Source of the DNA: Octopus sinensis
Lineage: Eukaryota
Assembly: GCF_006345805.1 (NCBI RefSeq)
Contig: NC_043019.1
Coordinates: 10,973,360-11,037,359, forward strand
Direction of reading: 5' to 3'
Length of the DNA stretch: 64,000 nt
Each line of letters starts with the position of its first letter. The stretch's first letter is position 1. Below are positions 10,317-23,711 of this stretch, piece by piece. The notes under the pieces are model-generated. The model did not search any database. It saw only the letters and a program-made list of their open reading frames with translations, and had not been told where the DNA came from. The translations under genes and the position numbers were made by a program.

Positions 10317-13080
10317 TCATTAAATATATAGTGCTCAGGCGCAGTACAAAGATGATGCTCACTTTGAAATTGTTAATCTCACTTTGATGTACCACATGCT
10401 CACTTAGAAGTTGTTATTCTCACTTTGAAGTAAAATGTGCTCGCTTAGATTTACAAAAATACTGCAATTGCGATCTGTGTTTGTGTGCAAAAAGTCAAGT
10501 CAGTGAAATTCAAAACAATTGATGTGTGTTCAAATGAAGGGCTCTGCCTGAAACAGCAGATAATTTTTCTTCTTCTTGCTACGATACACCAAACAAACTC
10601 CGATTTTGTTTGTCTTTTTTTTCTCCCCTCTGTAGTTCATCCATGTTCTTAATATATTTGAAGAAAAAAAAAAAGACAAACCAACAAAGAAAAAAAGAAA
10701 TAAAAATTGTAATATCTAATTAAAAGCAATTTAAATGAAATTTATCGTTTATTTATTAATTCTGTTTATTTATATATTTTTTTTTAATGTTTAAAAATAC
10801 AATTTAGTTTAGGGAACATAATTAAATTTTCTGTGAAATACCCTTATCAGCAGATATCTAGAGTTACCTCCCTTACTACTGGAACTTTTTTTTTGTTTTT
10901 TGTTAACTGGTGATTTCCTTTTAAATGTTTGTTTTCTGCCTTTTTTTTAAAAAAAAATTTGTTTTATTTTTTTTCCTGCTTTTAACATCAGAAAGTTGAA
11001 AATTAGCAGAGAAATTAAATTAATAGATCTTCTCCCCTCCCAATCTCTCTCTCTCTCTCTCTCCTTTGCTGGAAAAAGAAGTTAAAATTTAAAATAAGAG
11101 CAAAACGAACATTCGATATTAAACGAGATTTCATCTTGTAGAATTTGGAAAAGGAAGTGAAGTAATTTAAAATTTAAGATAACAACAACAACAACAACAA
11201 CAACAACAAATGCTGTCACTTTAACAGCAACAACAACAACCACCACCACAACAATAACTGCAACAACGAAGTAAACAAACTTTAAAATATTGGGATTTGG
11301 AGAAAAATTTATTTAGAAGGTTTAAGTATGGAACGAGGTGATGAAGAACTTGTTGAAGAGTTCATTCCTTATTCCAGGGAAGTGGGTCTCTCGAACGTGA
11401 CCCCAAACGGACGGAAACGGTTGTTATTGAAGAAGTTGGTGGTTGAGGCGGGAACGGTTGTTGTGATGGTGGTGGGAAAGGCTGTTGTGATGGTGATGTG
11501 GGGGCGTGTTATATAATGGGGATGGTGATGGTAATAGTAGAGGTGGTTGCGTGCTGGTGGTAGTAGGAATATTGGTGGTGGTGCCGATGCTAATAGTGGT
11601 GGTAGTAATGTTAGTGATAGTGGCGCCAGTGCTAGAAGTGGTTGTGGTGTTGGTGGTAGTAGTAATAGTGGTGATTGTGGTGCTGATGGTAGTGGCACCG
11701 GTGCTAATGTTGCTGATGAGAGATTTGTTACTGTAATAGTAGGAGTGGTAACAGTAGCAGAGACAGTCCTACAGAGGTAGTGGCATGGATTTTGTTGTGG
11801 TTGTAGCAGTGGTGGTGGTGGGCACTGTTGTAGTGGTAGTGTGTATAGTGTTGTTGTTACTGCTGTTGTAGGGGGATTCATGATGTGATATGCAGTATAG
11901 GCAGGCAACAGCATAGATAGTGGTTTAGTGGTGATGGTGTTGTGGTTTTGGTGATAGTATGTGGGGGTGGAAATGTTACAGTTAGGGTAGTAGTGTAATC
12001 CTAATACATAGAAATATCCAGTTTAAGTATCATTTTCTCGGGGATTTCAGATTTTGTGGATGGGAGAATGAGGTTGTTGCTGAGCCCCAGCTCAGAGATG
12101 TCACAACCATGACCTTTCTGTCTAATTTTTGGACCTTGTTTATTATTTACATCAGTGGGTGTAGATGATATGGACCCCTGAAGGTCCATATAAGATTTTG
12201 AGGGGTCCATGTAATAAAATAGTAAATTAGGGATCCACAATAGAATTTGAAGGGCCCCTGGAAAAATTTTGCTTTTAAGCTGGATGGGTGTGATTTGAGG
12301 AAGATTTCAGTGGTATTTTTCGTCATTTGGACAACCATATAAAGCAATATATGTTGTTTTTGTGAAAGCATGTGTCATGTGGCTTAATGGTTAGGGTGTT
12401 TGGCTCATGATTGTAAGGTTGTGAGTTCGATTCCTGGTGGTGCTTGCATCCTTGAGCATGACATTTTATTTCACATTGCTCCAGTCCACTCAGCTGGCAA
12501 AAATGAGTAGTACCTGTATTTCAAAGGGCCAGCCTTGTCACATTGAATCTCTCTGAGAACTACATTAAGGGTATGCATGTCTGTGGAATGTTCTACTCAA
12601 TTAAATAGTGGTGGAATTATCCATGTATTGCATTTAATTACCCAACAAATGGGTTTCTTTTTCTAATGTTTTACATAGTTCAATTTACTCATGTTTTAAT
12701 GTGTGGAAAACTAAATAGGAATTTTGAAAGAAATTTTTATAAAACTAGTTTTTAAACATTGGATGACTATGGGAGTCCACCAGAATAAAATAATAATCAA
12801 AGGGACCATAGATAAAAAAATGGTTGAGGACCCCTGACCTACACCATTAAATGTGTCCTGTGTTTTTTTTATATCGTTTACTTGTTTCAGTCATTGGACT
12901 GTGGCCATGCTGGTGCACCATTTCGAAGGGTTTAGTCAAATGAATTGACCCCCAATATTTCTTTTTTAAATTTAAGCCTGGTACTTATTCTGTCAATGTT
13001 TTGCTGAACCACTAAGTTACAAGGACATAAACTAACCAACACTGGTTATCAAGCAGTAGAAGACAAACCCAACACACGTA

Positions 13081-13114
<34 letters not shown>

Positions 13115-13382
13115 TAGTGGTTAGGTGTTGTACTTATTATTCCTAGACCGGGTTGTGTGTTGTGTTCTTGAGCAAGACACTTCAGCTCATGTTGCTCTGT
13201 GATCACATTGACACCTGACACTGAAATAAAGTGTCTTGCTCAACAATGCAACATACGGCCATGTCCCAGACTTGAACTCTCAACCTTGTTAATTGTAAAC
13301 CTGATGCACCAACCACTGAGCCATGCAGCTTCACAGAAAGATAAATTGATGGACACTGATAAATATATATATATATAGATAG

Positions 13383-13925
13383 GGAGTGGCTGTGTGGTAA
13401 GTAGCTTGCTAACCAACCACATGGTTCCGGGTTCAGTCCCACTGCGTGGCATCTTGGGCAAGTGTCTTCTGCTATAGTCCCGGGTCGACCAATGCCTTGT
13501 GAGTGGATTTGGTAGATGGAAACTGAAAGAAGCCTGTCGTATATATGTATATAGGAAGGGCATCCAGCCGTAGAAACACTGCCAGATCTGACTAGGCCTG
13601 ATGAAGCCTTCCGGCTTCACAGACCCCAGCTGAACCGTCCAACCCATGCTAGCATGGAAAACGAACGCTAAACGATGATGATGATGATGTGTGTGTGTGT
13701 GTGTGTTTGTGTGTCTGTTTGCCCCCCCTAGCATTGCTTGACAACCGATGCTGGTGTGTTTACGTCCCCATCACTTAGCGGTTCTGCAAAAGAGACTGAT
13801 AGAATAAGTACTGGGCTTACAAAAAGAATAAGTCCCGGGGTCGAGTTGCTCGGCTAAAGGCGGTGCTACAGCATGGCCGCAGTCAAATGACTGAAACAAG
13901 TAAAAGAGTAAAAAGAGTAAAAAGA
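13383..13925 (+). mobile_element. Family A SINE with a nested (GAT)n-tailed retroposon fragment
   Basis: Full head-CORE-microsatellite-tail layout ending in GTAAAAGA repeats; 13555-13690 is the GGAAGGGCATCCAG...CCATGCTAGCATGG...(GAT)n family. Confidence 0.85.
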
Positions 13926-14002
<77 letters not shown>

Positions 14003-14476
14003 TAGATAGATAGGTAGAGAGTGAGTTAGACAAATATATGACACAATTTAGATAAGAAAATCTTGAGAGAATTTAGTGGTAGGTTATGTGGTTGAGTTTT
14101 ATTGGAAAACTTCAAAGTGACACCCTCAGCAGCGTCAGTATATTTTTTAGTAGTAGTAGTAGCAGTAGTAGCAGCAGCAGCAGCAGCCCCCACACAGACT
14201 CAGGTTTGTCACAACAGTGTACCCAACAAGAGGTCAGGGTATCGAACTATTGAACTGACTGTCAAAAAAAAAACAAAAAAAAAAAAAACAAAAAAAAAAC
14301 CCATCTCTTCCCAAAAACCAATCACAACATAATCAATAATATCGCATTTATTTTTCTTATTCTGATTGATTTCGTGAAGTAAAAGTTTGCGTGAGTCTTT
14401 TTTTTGTTTTTTTTTCTTTCTTGCTTCCACTTTGATCTTTTAAATACATTTTGTTCTGTAAAGTGTTGTTGGCTGG

Positions 14477-14511
<35 letters not shown>

Positions 14512-14513
14512 CC

Positions 14514-14545
<32 letters not shown>

Positions 14546-14551
14546 CACCAT

Positions 14552-14598
<47 letters not shown>

Positions 14599-14605
14599 CC
14601 ACCAC

Positions 14606-14685
<80 letters not shown>

Positions 14686-14689
14686 CATC

Positions 14690-14720
<31 letters not shown>

Positions 14721-14788
14721 ACATCGTCATCGTCATCATCATGATCATCATCACCACCATCATGATCATCACCATCATCATCATCACC

Positions 14789-14834
<46 letters not shown>

Positions 14835-14836
14835 CC

Positions 14837-14867
<31 letters not shown>

Positions 14868-15065
14868 CCACCATCACCATCATCATCATCATCATCATCA
14901 CCATCATCATCATCGTCATCACCACCACCACCATCATCACCATCATCACCACCACCACCACACCACCATCATCATCATCATCCTTTCCACTACCATCGTT
15001 ATCATGACTACTGCTTCCCTTATCCTTCCCCTGCTCCTCTTCATCATCTTCACCACCACGATCAT
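14477..15065. repeat. About 590-bp degenerate (CAT/CAC)n triplet array
   Basis: Directly visible; ends about 60 nt before the 15128 acceptor. Confidence 0.95.
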
Positions 15066-15127
15066 CATACTACTCTGTTGCTAAGCAACAGACTGTCCAT
15101 CTCATGCGTTTCCCTTCTCTGTTGCAG

Positions 15128-15194
15128 TGGAGAAGATGGTCAATGTTGGGAAACAGGTGTTGGAAGAGAAAGGAGGCAACGTGGATGATATAAG
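15128..15194 (+). CDS. HINT3: HINT3 internal coding exon (67 nt)
   Basis: Acceptor cttctctgttgcag, donor gtgagt at 15195; phase 1 to 2 fits both neighbours; (V)EKMVNVGKQVLEEKGGNVDDI(R), comparable to the vertebrate VENMVTVGKTILE segment. Confidence 0.92.
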
Positions 15195-15699
15195 GTGAGT
15201 GGTGATTGGTTACTTTGGTAGGGGAGGGGGGACACAGATTGGGCCACTCTGTGAAGCTGGGATGAGGTGGGGGTGAAGGTGGGTGGTCAGTGACATGGAC
15301 TGTCTGTGGTGATTGCGGTGAATGTGGGTGTGAACACGTTCCGTATATGTTATTGTGTATGTGTATATATATATATATATATACACATACACACACATAT
15401 ATATACTTGGAAATGGATGTGTGGCGTTCAATCATATGATAATATAAATAATATATATATATATGCATATATACATACATGTATGTACATACTTACATAT
15501 GCATATGTGGACACAGGATGTTACAGAATATAAAATATGAAATACGAATACATGGAACATGAACTGTTTTTGCGAACAATGAAAGAAACAAATGGAAGAC
15601 AAGATAAACAACATAACGAATGACCCTTCATCAGTTGTCGGTTGTTTTTCTAATCCATATTTTGAGCAATTAATGCAGTATATGGAAGCAGACAATAAG

Positions 15700-16560
15700 C
15701 GTAAGCCAGCATCAATGGTGGTTCCAGAAATTCTGAGCCGGAAACTACGGCCTAGATGATGAGCTCCTTCCTGGAAGGTCTGTAGAGCTTAATGAGGACG
15801 TCCTGCAAACCCTGGTGGAACAAAATCCCATCATAACTAGCAGAGGGGGACTAATAGAGAAGCTTGGATTTGGTCATTCAACCATTCATCAATACCTGTG
15901 TGCCATCAGAAATGTCAGCAAATTGGGTCAATGGGTTCCTCACAAACTTTCCAAGTCTAATCACGTGCAGAGAGTGAATGTGTGCACTTCTTTGCTGCCA
16001 CGTCTCACAAATGAACCTTTTTTTGGACTGAAAAGTGACTGGTGATGAAAAATGGGTTCTCTATAAAAATGTCAAGTGCCACAGATAGTGGGTAGGGGCA
16101 CCCCAGACTAAAGAAGGTCTTCACCCACATAAGGGTTTGTTATCTGTTTGGTGGGATATGAAAGCTTTAGTCCTCTTTGAACTTTTAAACCCAAACCAAA
16201 TGATAAAGGAGATCTACTGCAAGCAGTTTGAGTGGCTTAAGTCTGAGCTGGAAGAAAAATGAGGCATCTTTGGTTTGAAGACAAAAGGTGTTCTTCCAGC
16301 CACATACATTGAGAATTACATTCCAAATGATACCCCACCTACCATAATCTCTGGACATTGCCCATCTGATTAAGATTTATGCTGCTGTCTTCAAAATCAT
16401 TTGGACGGAAAAAATAGGAATTCGATAGACAAGGTCAGAACAGTACTGGAGGAATATTTTTCGTCATGGACATGTAAATTTTGGAAGAGGAGCCTTGCAA
16501 GTCTACCAGAGAGTATATTTTAGATTAAAAAAAGAACTTTGTTTTGTCTTAATTTTGAAA
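15700..16560 (+). mobile_element. Decayed mariner transposase
   Basis: GRSVELNEDVLQTLVEQNP...LGFGHSTIH...SKLGQWVPHKL (mariner WVPHxL), then decayed TGDEKW and SPDIAPSD regions; multiple frameshifts. Confidence 0.9.
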
Positions 16561-16670
16561 AACAGAAGTATAAAAAGACCATATTATTTTTGGGATGACC
16601 CAATGTATGTATGTATGTATGTATGTATGTATGTATGTATGTATGTGTATGTGTGTGTGTGTGTATATAT

Positions 16671-16974
16671 CACGTGATCACGTGACCGACCAGTCCATCA
16701 GATGTAGTTACACATCGCTGGTCACAATGCGTTTGCATTGTTTTAGCCTTCGAATGACGCCACCCTGCTGGCTAAGCGAGCAGGCCAACAGAAGAAAGAG
16801 TGGGAGAAAGAGTGGTGAAAGAGTACAGCAGGGATCACCACCCCCTGCCGGAGCCTCGTGGAGCTTTTAGGTGTTTTCGCTCTATAAACACTCACAACGC
16901 CCGGTCTGGGAATCGAAACTGCGATCCTACGACCGCGAGTCCGCTGCCCTAACCACTGCGCCATTGCACCTCCA
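16671..16974 (-). mobile_element. tRNA-head SINE (family E) with an RTE-derived 3' tail
   Basis: Head GGAGGTGCAATGGCGCAGTGGTTAGGGCAGCGGACTCGCGG..GTTTCGATTCCC; tail TGTGACCAGCGATGT..GGACTGGTCGGTCACGTGATCACGTGATA is shared with the RTE end at 33332-33390. Confidence 0.8.
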
Positions 16975-17173
16975 CCACATATATATATATATACACACAT
17001 ACGCATACACACACATAATCATCACAATCATCATCACTTGATGCTATGATATTTCCATCTTAAACACAAAAGCAAAAAAAAAAAAAAAAAGAAATCGCCG
17101 TGTCATTTCTGTATCCAAGGGTAACTAATCTGCGTCGTTGTAACCCCTTCCACTCAATTTTCTTCTCTTTCAG

Positions 17174-17300
17174 GATGGGTTTCCATTGGCCCCCGTTTCA
17201 TAGTGTTAACCATCTTCATCTTCACGTTATTTCTCCACTCAAAGAAATGAGATCTTTGTCTCGAGCCATGTTCAAACTCAACTCCTTTTGGTTCGTCAGT
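17174..17300 (+). CDS. HINT3: HINT3 exon carrying the HIT motif
   Basis: Acceptor ttcttctctttcag, donor gtaagt at 17301; (R)MGFHWPPFHSVNHLHLHVISPLKEMRSLSRAMFKLNSFWFVS; HxHxH followed by hydrophobic residues and the GFH.PPF.S..HLHLHV signature of HINT3. Confidence 0.97.
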
Positions 17301-17344
17301 GTAAGTATAGGGGTTTTCTCTGCTATTTTCTGGTTTTTTTTCCC

Positions 17345-17585
17345 TGTCTTTTCATCGGCCGATGCCATCTTCGCCTGGCACCAGTGCAGGTGGCACATAA
17401 AAAGCACCCACTACACTCACGGAGTGGTTGGCGTTAGGAAGGGCATCCAGCTGTAGAAACTTTGCCAGATAAGACCGGAGCCTGGTGCAGCCTTCTGGCT
17501 TCCCAGATCCCCGGTTGAACCGTCCAACCCATGCTAGAATGGAGAACGGACGTTAAACGATGATGATGATGATGATGATGATGAC
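17345..17585 (+). mobile_element. (GAT)n-tailed retroposon 3' fragment (family B)
   Basis: GGAGTGGTTGGCGTTAGGAAGGGCATCCAGCTGTAGAAAC...CCAACCCATGCTAG...GTTAAACGATGATGATG; other copies near 8700-8840, 13555 and 61325-61500. Confidence 0.75.
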
Positions 17586-17839
17586 AGTTCTGCCTAGACC
17601 AGTGGGTCCATAAACCATATTTTGCCTATGAACCCTTTTGATTCCTGTCTTACTTTACTGCCCTGCCACCTATATTTTTATAATTAAATACTATTTTGAA
17701 TTGTATATAAAAATTGTTAAAATATTTTGTGCATTGTAGAAATAAAACAAGTTGCTGTACTCTGACTTTAACAGCAAAATCTTATGTGGACCTTCAAGGG
17801 CCATATGGACCCTGGTTGGGAACCACTGGACTGCACTAT

Positions 17840-18160
17840 TAGAGCCTCCAATTTTGAATCTATACTTAGTTTTAGAGCCTATAACTGTTTACTTCAAGCC
17901 CAGGGCCTATAATTACTTTTAGAACCTATAACTCTATTTACCTCCAACTTTGGGCCTATAGTTAGTTTTTCAGCCTCCAACTAAGGGCCTATAGTTAGTT
18001 TTTGAGCCTATAACTTTATTTACCTCTGAAATAAAGCCTATAATTGGTTCTAGAACCTATAACTATTTACCTCTAACTTAGAACATATAGTTAGTTTTAG
18101 AGCCTATACTTCTATTTACCTCCGACTTTGGGCCTATAGTTAGTGTTAGAGCCTATGGCA
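17840..18160. repeat. Degenerate minisatellite, unit about 45 bp (GGGCCTATAGTTAGTTTTAGAGCCTATAACTCTATTTACCTCCAACTTT)
   Basis: About 7 imperfect copies visible. Confidence 0.7.
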
Positions 18161-18652
18161 GCTTGGGCATGTGTCTTCTATAATCTCAGGCCAACCAAAG
18201 TTTTGTAAGTGGATTTGGTTGACAGAACCTTAAAGAAGCCCATTGTATATATATATATGTACCCCCACCACTGTTCGACAACTGGTGTTAGTTTGTTTAT
18301 GTCCCTACAACTTAACGGCTCAGCAAGAGTGACAAATAAAATAAACACCAGGTTTTAAAAAAAATAAGTACCTGGGTTGATTCATTTGACTAAAAATTCT
18401 TCAAGGTGGTGCTCCAGCATGGCCACTGGTCTACTGACCGAAACAAATAAAAGAATTGAAAATACATGTGCACACACATCCACATGACGGGCTTCTTCCA
18501 GTTTCCGTCTACCAAATCCACTCAGAAGACCTGGTTGGCCTTGGGCTATAGTAAGTAGAGGACATTTGCCCAAGGTGCAGCACTGTGGAACACAACATGA
18601 AACCATGGGGTTGAGAAACAACCATACCTGTATCCATTGTACATTTTCATTA

Positions 18653-18701
<49 letters not shown>

Positions 18702-18785
18702 CACACACGCTTTTTTGGGTTGCTCCCTTCTTCCCCTAATTCTGTTTTCTTTCCTTAATGTCTTTCTGTTTCTTCTCTTTTACAG

Positions 18786-18842
18786 CCAGTTTGGGTCCTT
18801 GCCAGACTGAAGAATTCCGCTGCAAAACAAGCCGGAAACTAA
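18786..18842 (+). CDS. HINT3: HINT3 terminal coding exon
   Basis: Long pyrimidine tract and ttttacag acceptor; phase 0; PVWVLARLKNSAAKQAGN then TAA (18840-18842); length and character fit the HINT3 C-terminus. Confidence 0.85.
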   Translation, partial: PVWVLARLKNSAAKQAGN

Positions 18843-19986
18843 CAAGTTTCCTCATGATGACGATGATGATGATGATGGTGATGATGACGATGACGACGAT
18901 GATGGTGGAGGTGGAAAACGATGTCAGTGACGATGAGATGATGGTGATGCCGTAAAATAAACACATGAAACTCCACCTTGTTTTATGTGTGCGTGTCTGT
19001 GTTTGTGTGTGTGTGTGTGTGTGTGCGACTTCTTTTTGTTTGAAGCCTTTTACATATCGACTTTCAGTTCAGTAGACTGTGGCCATGCTGGTGCAATCGC
19101 TGTCATTTGTTATTGTTTAGTGTTCATCAAGACAGGAAAAAAAAAAACCCAACAAAAAAACCCCCCAGACAAACGCCTCTTTCTCCCCCCACTCGTCTCT
19201 ACTTTCACTTTCCTATTTATCTCACCCCCACCGCTATCACCCCTACCCCCACTGCAGTTTCCCACCACCACCACCACCACTATTGCTGCCTCTGATGCTG
19301 ATGCTATGACCGCCGCCAACACCTCTACCGTTGCCGTTGTCACCGCTGCCATCGCCTACCACCATCCGCCTCCACCATCGATGACATCCAGTTCTGCCTA
19401 ACCATATCTGCATTGCATACACACATACATATTTACACCTACCCCCATACATATCCACATGTCTAGCTCTCTCTCACACATACACACATACATAAAAATA
19501 TACTTGGTATATTACATGCTTATACAAATGTGTATATATGTATGTGTGTATATATCTATATACACATATTTATACATACACATATACCCACATATATATA
19601 TATACATATATATATGTGTGTCCTATAGCAGACATGGAAAATCTTTTTCGAGAAGTGGGCTCACCATCAAACAGGTCACACTACAAAAATAATTCAAGAT
19701 AATTTTTCATTAGGCACACCATTCAGAAAGTCTCATGGCCCAAGGGCCGCATTTTTGCCCACGACTATTCTTTAGTAAAATTTCCACTTGTAATTGTTGA
19801 CTCAGTTCAAGAAACGTTGTTTCAAATATTTCTAATCCTCTTCTGTTTTTCAACTCTTTGCTGCCTCATCTACCTTTTTTTTTCTTTTCTCTTCCTTCCT
19901 CTTAATGTTGTCTCCGAATTCACTATCTGTCTCTCTTAATTTTCAATTTTATCTCCTGCTGTTTTTTCTTCTTCTCCTTTAACTAC

Positions 19987-20021
<35 letters not shown>

Positions 20022-20675
20022 TTGTTTACTGTCAATGTCGCAGATGAGAGGAAGAACAGTTACAAAGATAATGATTAGGGATTTACATAGAAAAATTGAA
20101 TGAGGGTAATAATAATCATGATAATGACTCTCCTAATTAATTCTCCTAATTAAGTTCAGCCCTTCAGCATTTGGGTTACTATCAAATGTGTTATTTATTC
20201 ACATTGTTTTGAATTAATCATGCATTATCTTATGACTTTGAGATATCAATGACGTGATTATTTTATTTTTTGAGGATGATATTGTTGGCCAGGTATGAGA
20301 GGTTGGATCTGGCCAGTTTCAGTTTGAACATAAATGATGCAGAATATTTTGTCCAGATACGGTCTAAATACTTTCAATGATGCGATTGTTTATTTTTTTT
20401 AGGATGACATTGTTGGTTAGGTACGAGAGACTGGATCTTGCCAGTAGTTTGACCATAAAACAGGCAGACTATTTTGATCAGATTGTTTTAAATGTTAAAG
20501 GTTTAAGCAATTAATTTTGAGGGCAAGGGCCGTTAGATGATAAATTGACTTTAGCACTTGAGTGATACTTGATTTAAACAACCCCAGTGGGATGAAAGTT
20601 GATGTTGATGGGATTTGAACCCACAATGTAAAGATTTGGAAGATACTGTTTGGCACTTTTTCTGATAGTCTAATG

Positions 20676-20894
20676 CAGTGGTTTTCAACCAGGGTTCCGC
20701 GGAACCTTAGGGTCCCGCCAGTACAGTCCAGGGGTTCCGCAAGAAGTTACAAAACTGTTAAAATCGGCAGTAATTTTTAATTCTTCTGTGCAAATATGTG
20801 TGCATAAGACTATTAAATTATTGCACAGGGGTTCCTCGACCCAGTAGAATGTTTCCTTGGGGTTCCGCTCCAGCCAAAAGTTTGAAAAGCACTG
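20676..20894. mobile_element. hAT-type MITE
   Basis: CAGTG...CACTG termini with a perfect 8-bp TSD GTCTAATG (20668-20675 and 20895-20902). Confidence 0.85.
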
Positions 20895-21812
20895 GTCTAA
20901 TGATTCCACCAGCTTGTGGTCTTAATGATAGTTTATTATATAAATCTACCATAAACTATAAGTTTACCAAGAGATGACCAGATAGTATATATTATATGGC
21001 TGACATAATTTTCCATGAAACCAAAATGCGTAATTTAGAATTTGACATTGCTGTACCAAATGAATGTAACATTGCATAGAAACAAACTGAATGGTGAAAG
21101 AATTCTTCCAAGTAACTCATCTGTGAAATTAATGGTATTCATGTTAAGATATATGTCTGTCATTTGTATTTAGTACAACTGGAAAGGTACACAACCATTT
21201 ATGTAAAGATCTCGACAGATTACCTGTGAAAATGGACATGGGCATGTTCGAGAAAATAACAATGCTGGCTCTGTGAACAAAATTTAGGGCATTCTTGTAC
21301 AAAATTTGTTAACTTTTACATTTGTTGTATGCATGTTTTTCAAGATATATTTAATTTCTTTTGATGTATTGAAGGAAATTTTTGAAGTTGATTCTGAAAG
21401 CATGAATAATAGTTGTTAATGGTTATGATATAAACTGAAAAAAAAAGAATTAAAAAAAAGAGAATGAGATGGAAGTGTCTGTTAGAGAAGTTTAAAAGAA
21501 ATGTGACACAAGATTATCTGATTGTTGTGATATGTGGGAATAATAGCATTCATTTACCTCTGACCTTCCATCCAAAAGAGAGAAGAAAATATTTGCTTGA
21601 AATCTTTAAAAAAAAAAAAAATGGCAAAATAATCCAAAAATAAAATAAAATAAACTCAATGATAAAATATATGTAGGTGCTGGCGTGGCTGTGTGGTAGG
21701 AAGCTTGCTTCCTAACAACATGGTTCTGGGTTCAGACCCACTGCGTTGCACCTTGGGCAAGAGTCTTCTACTATATCCTTGGGCTGACCAAAGCCTTGTG
21801 AACGGATTTGGG

Positions 21813-21849
<37 letters not shown>

Positions 21850-22343
21850 ATTTATATGTACATGTATAACTATATGTGTATATATAGCGCATACATGCTG
21901 ATACACAGACACACACACGCATATATGCACACTTGTATATATGTGTTTATATATATGTGTGTATTTGTGTACATATATAAATATGTGTGTATCTAACACA
22001 CACACACACACACACATAAATTGTGTGTGTGTGTGTGTATGAAATGCTTGGTTTGTAAAACACCGTCTATCTATAAAGTGTAAAATATTTGCAACGGACT
22101 TCACAATTTTTCCCTAAATATTGTTATAACCCAGATATTTGTTTACTAACTTTTTAAACGGTTAAATAAATTAACATAAATTATGAAATTTGCATTTGTT
22201 CATTTGCATATGTGTGACAGATAAACATAATTGTGCGCGCACACACACACACACACACACATGTTCAAGGTGGGCTAAAAGTCACGCACCAAGATTAAAA
22301 TTCATTTAATTGCACATTTCAAAAACAATTTTTTTATATTTAA

Positions 22344-22744
22344 CTAGCAGTATCGCCCGGCGTTGCTCGGATTTGTAAGGGAAATAACTATATAAGCATT
22401 TTTAGAGAGTTATAGCCAAAAAATAGCAAAAAAATGCATTAAAAATGGAAAAAAAAATGATGGTAAATTTTTTTAAAAAGCGTTGACTCATCGTAGACAT
22501 TTTTAGAGAGTTACTTCCCTTATATAATAGCGAAAAAAATGCATTAAAATGGAAAAAAAATGATGGTAAATTATTTTTTAAATCATAGACTCATCGTAGA
22601 CGCGCGCTAATACCCAGAAGGGCTCGATATGAATCACGACTATAAGATACCCGAATTTGGTTAAACTGCATCGCAAAATGTGGGAGTAGTTAGGAATCTA
22701 AATCGGAGTAGACAGACACACAACCTTTCTTTTATATATAAAGA
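22344..22744 (-). mobile_element. Non-autonomous Helitron
   Basis: Minus strand A|TCTTTATATATAAAAG ... CCGAGCAACGCCGGGCGATACTG-CTAG|T: 5' TC, GC-rich subterminal hairpin, 3' CTAG, AT target, no TSD. Confidence 0.85.
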
Positions 22745-22789
22745 TTACAAAGCTAATCAAATTAGAAACTGCTCCAAGCCTTTGGAATA

Positions 22790-23205
22790 TCATCCTCGCT
22801 GTATGTGGCTGAGCATTATCCTGATTGAAGAACACCTTTCATCTTGAAACCAAAAAATGCCCTTTTTTTTTTCTTCTAGCACAGGTGTCGATGAATGGTT
22901 GAATGGCCAAATCCAAGCTTCTCTGCTAGTTCCCCAACAGTTACAATGGGATTTTGTTCCACCAGGATTAACAGGATGTCCTTGTCGAGCTCTACAGATC
23001 TTCCAGGACGAGACTCGTCTTCTAGGATGTAGTTTCCGGCTCGGAATTTCTGGTGGCTTGCACTTAATGTCCAATCTCCATATACCGCATTTGATATTCC
23101 TCGCATTTTCCGTTGCGTTGTTGCCTTTATTGAAGTCCGACCCTTTGAAATACAGGAACAACTTATTTTTGCCAGCTGAGGGAACTGGAGCAAACACGAA
23201 ATAAG
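22790..23205 (-). mobile_element. Mariner transposase N-terminal fragment
   Basis: GNNATENARNI...EDESRPGRSVELDKDILLILVEQNPIVTVGELAEKLGFGHSTIHRHL; same family as 15700-16560. Confidence 0.88.
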
Positions 23206-23300
23206 GTACCTTGCTCAAGAATACAATGCGTCGCCGGGAATTGAACTCATGACCTTACGATCCTGAGCCGAATATCTTAACCACTAAGCCACGCGCTTTC

Positions 23301-23336
<36 letters not shown>

Positions 23337-23663
23337 CGCACACGTAGTGGTACGTATATTTCTTGAAAATTGAGATTATCTCCCCTTTTCAAGTCCAGCT
23401 GAATCACAATTGCATTTTCGTAATTATGACTTATCCCGTGGAGGGGGAGATAATTTAAAAAAACCCACAAGAATTTATGCTGTATGGTCGTCAATATACT
23501 GATATTTGTCTATGTTGCTCAAATGATACATGCCACTGTCCACTCAGGATTACTCCTCTTCGTTCATTTTGTTTACATACATACATACATACGTACGTAC
23601 GTACATACATACATACATACATACATAAGTACATACATACATACATACACACGTGTGCGTGTG

Positions 23664-23711
<48 letters not shown>

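Noticed and set aside
15600-15645. Canonical CTGATGA on the minus strand
   Set aside because: No GAAA or stem II closure follows; cannot be folded as a hammerhead.
21190-21290. Small exon-like segment; one minus frame reads HAHVHFH, resembling a HIT motif
   Set aside because: Very short, splice signals are ambiguous, and there is no supporting neighbour exon; likely chance within AT-rich, possibly 3' UTR, sequence.
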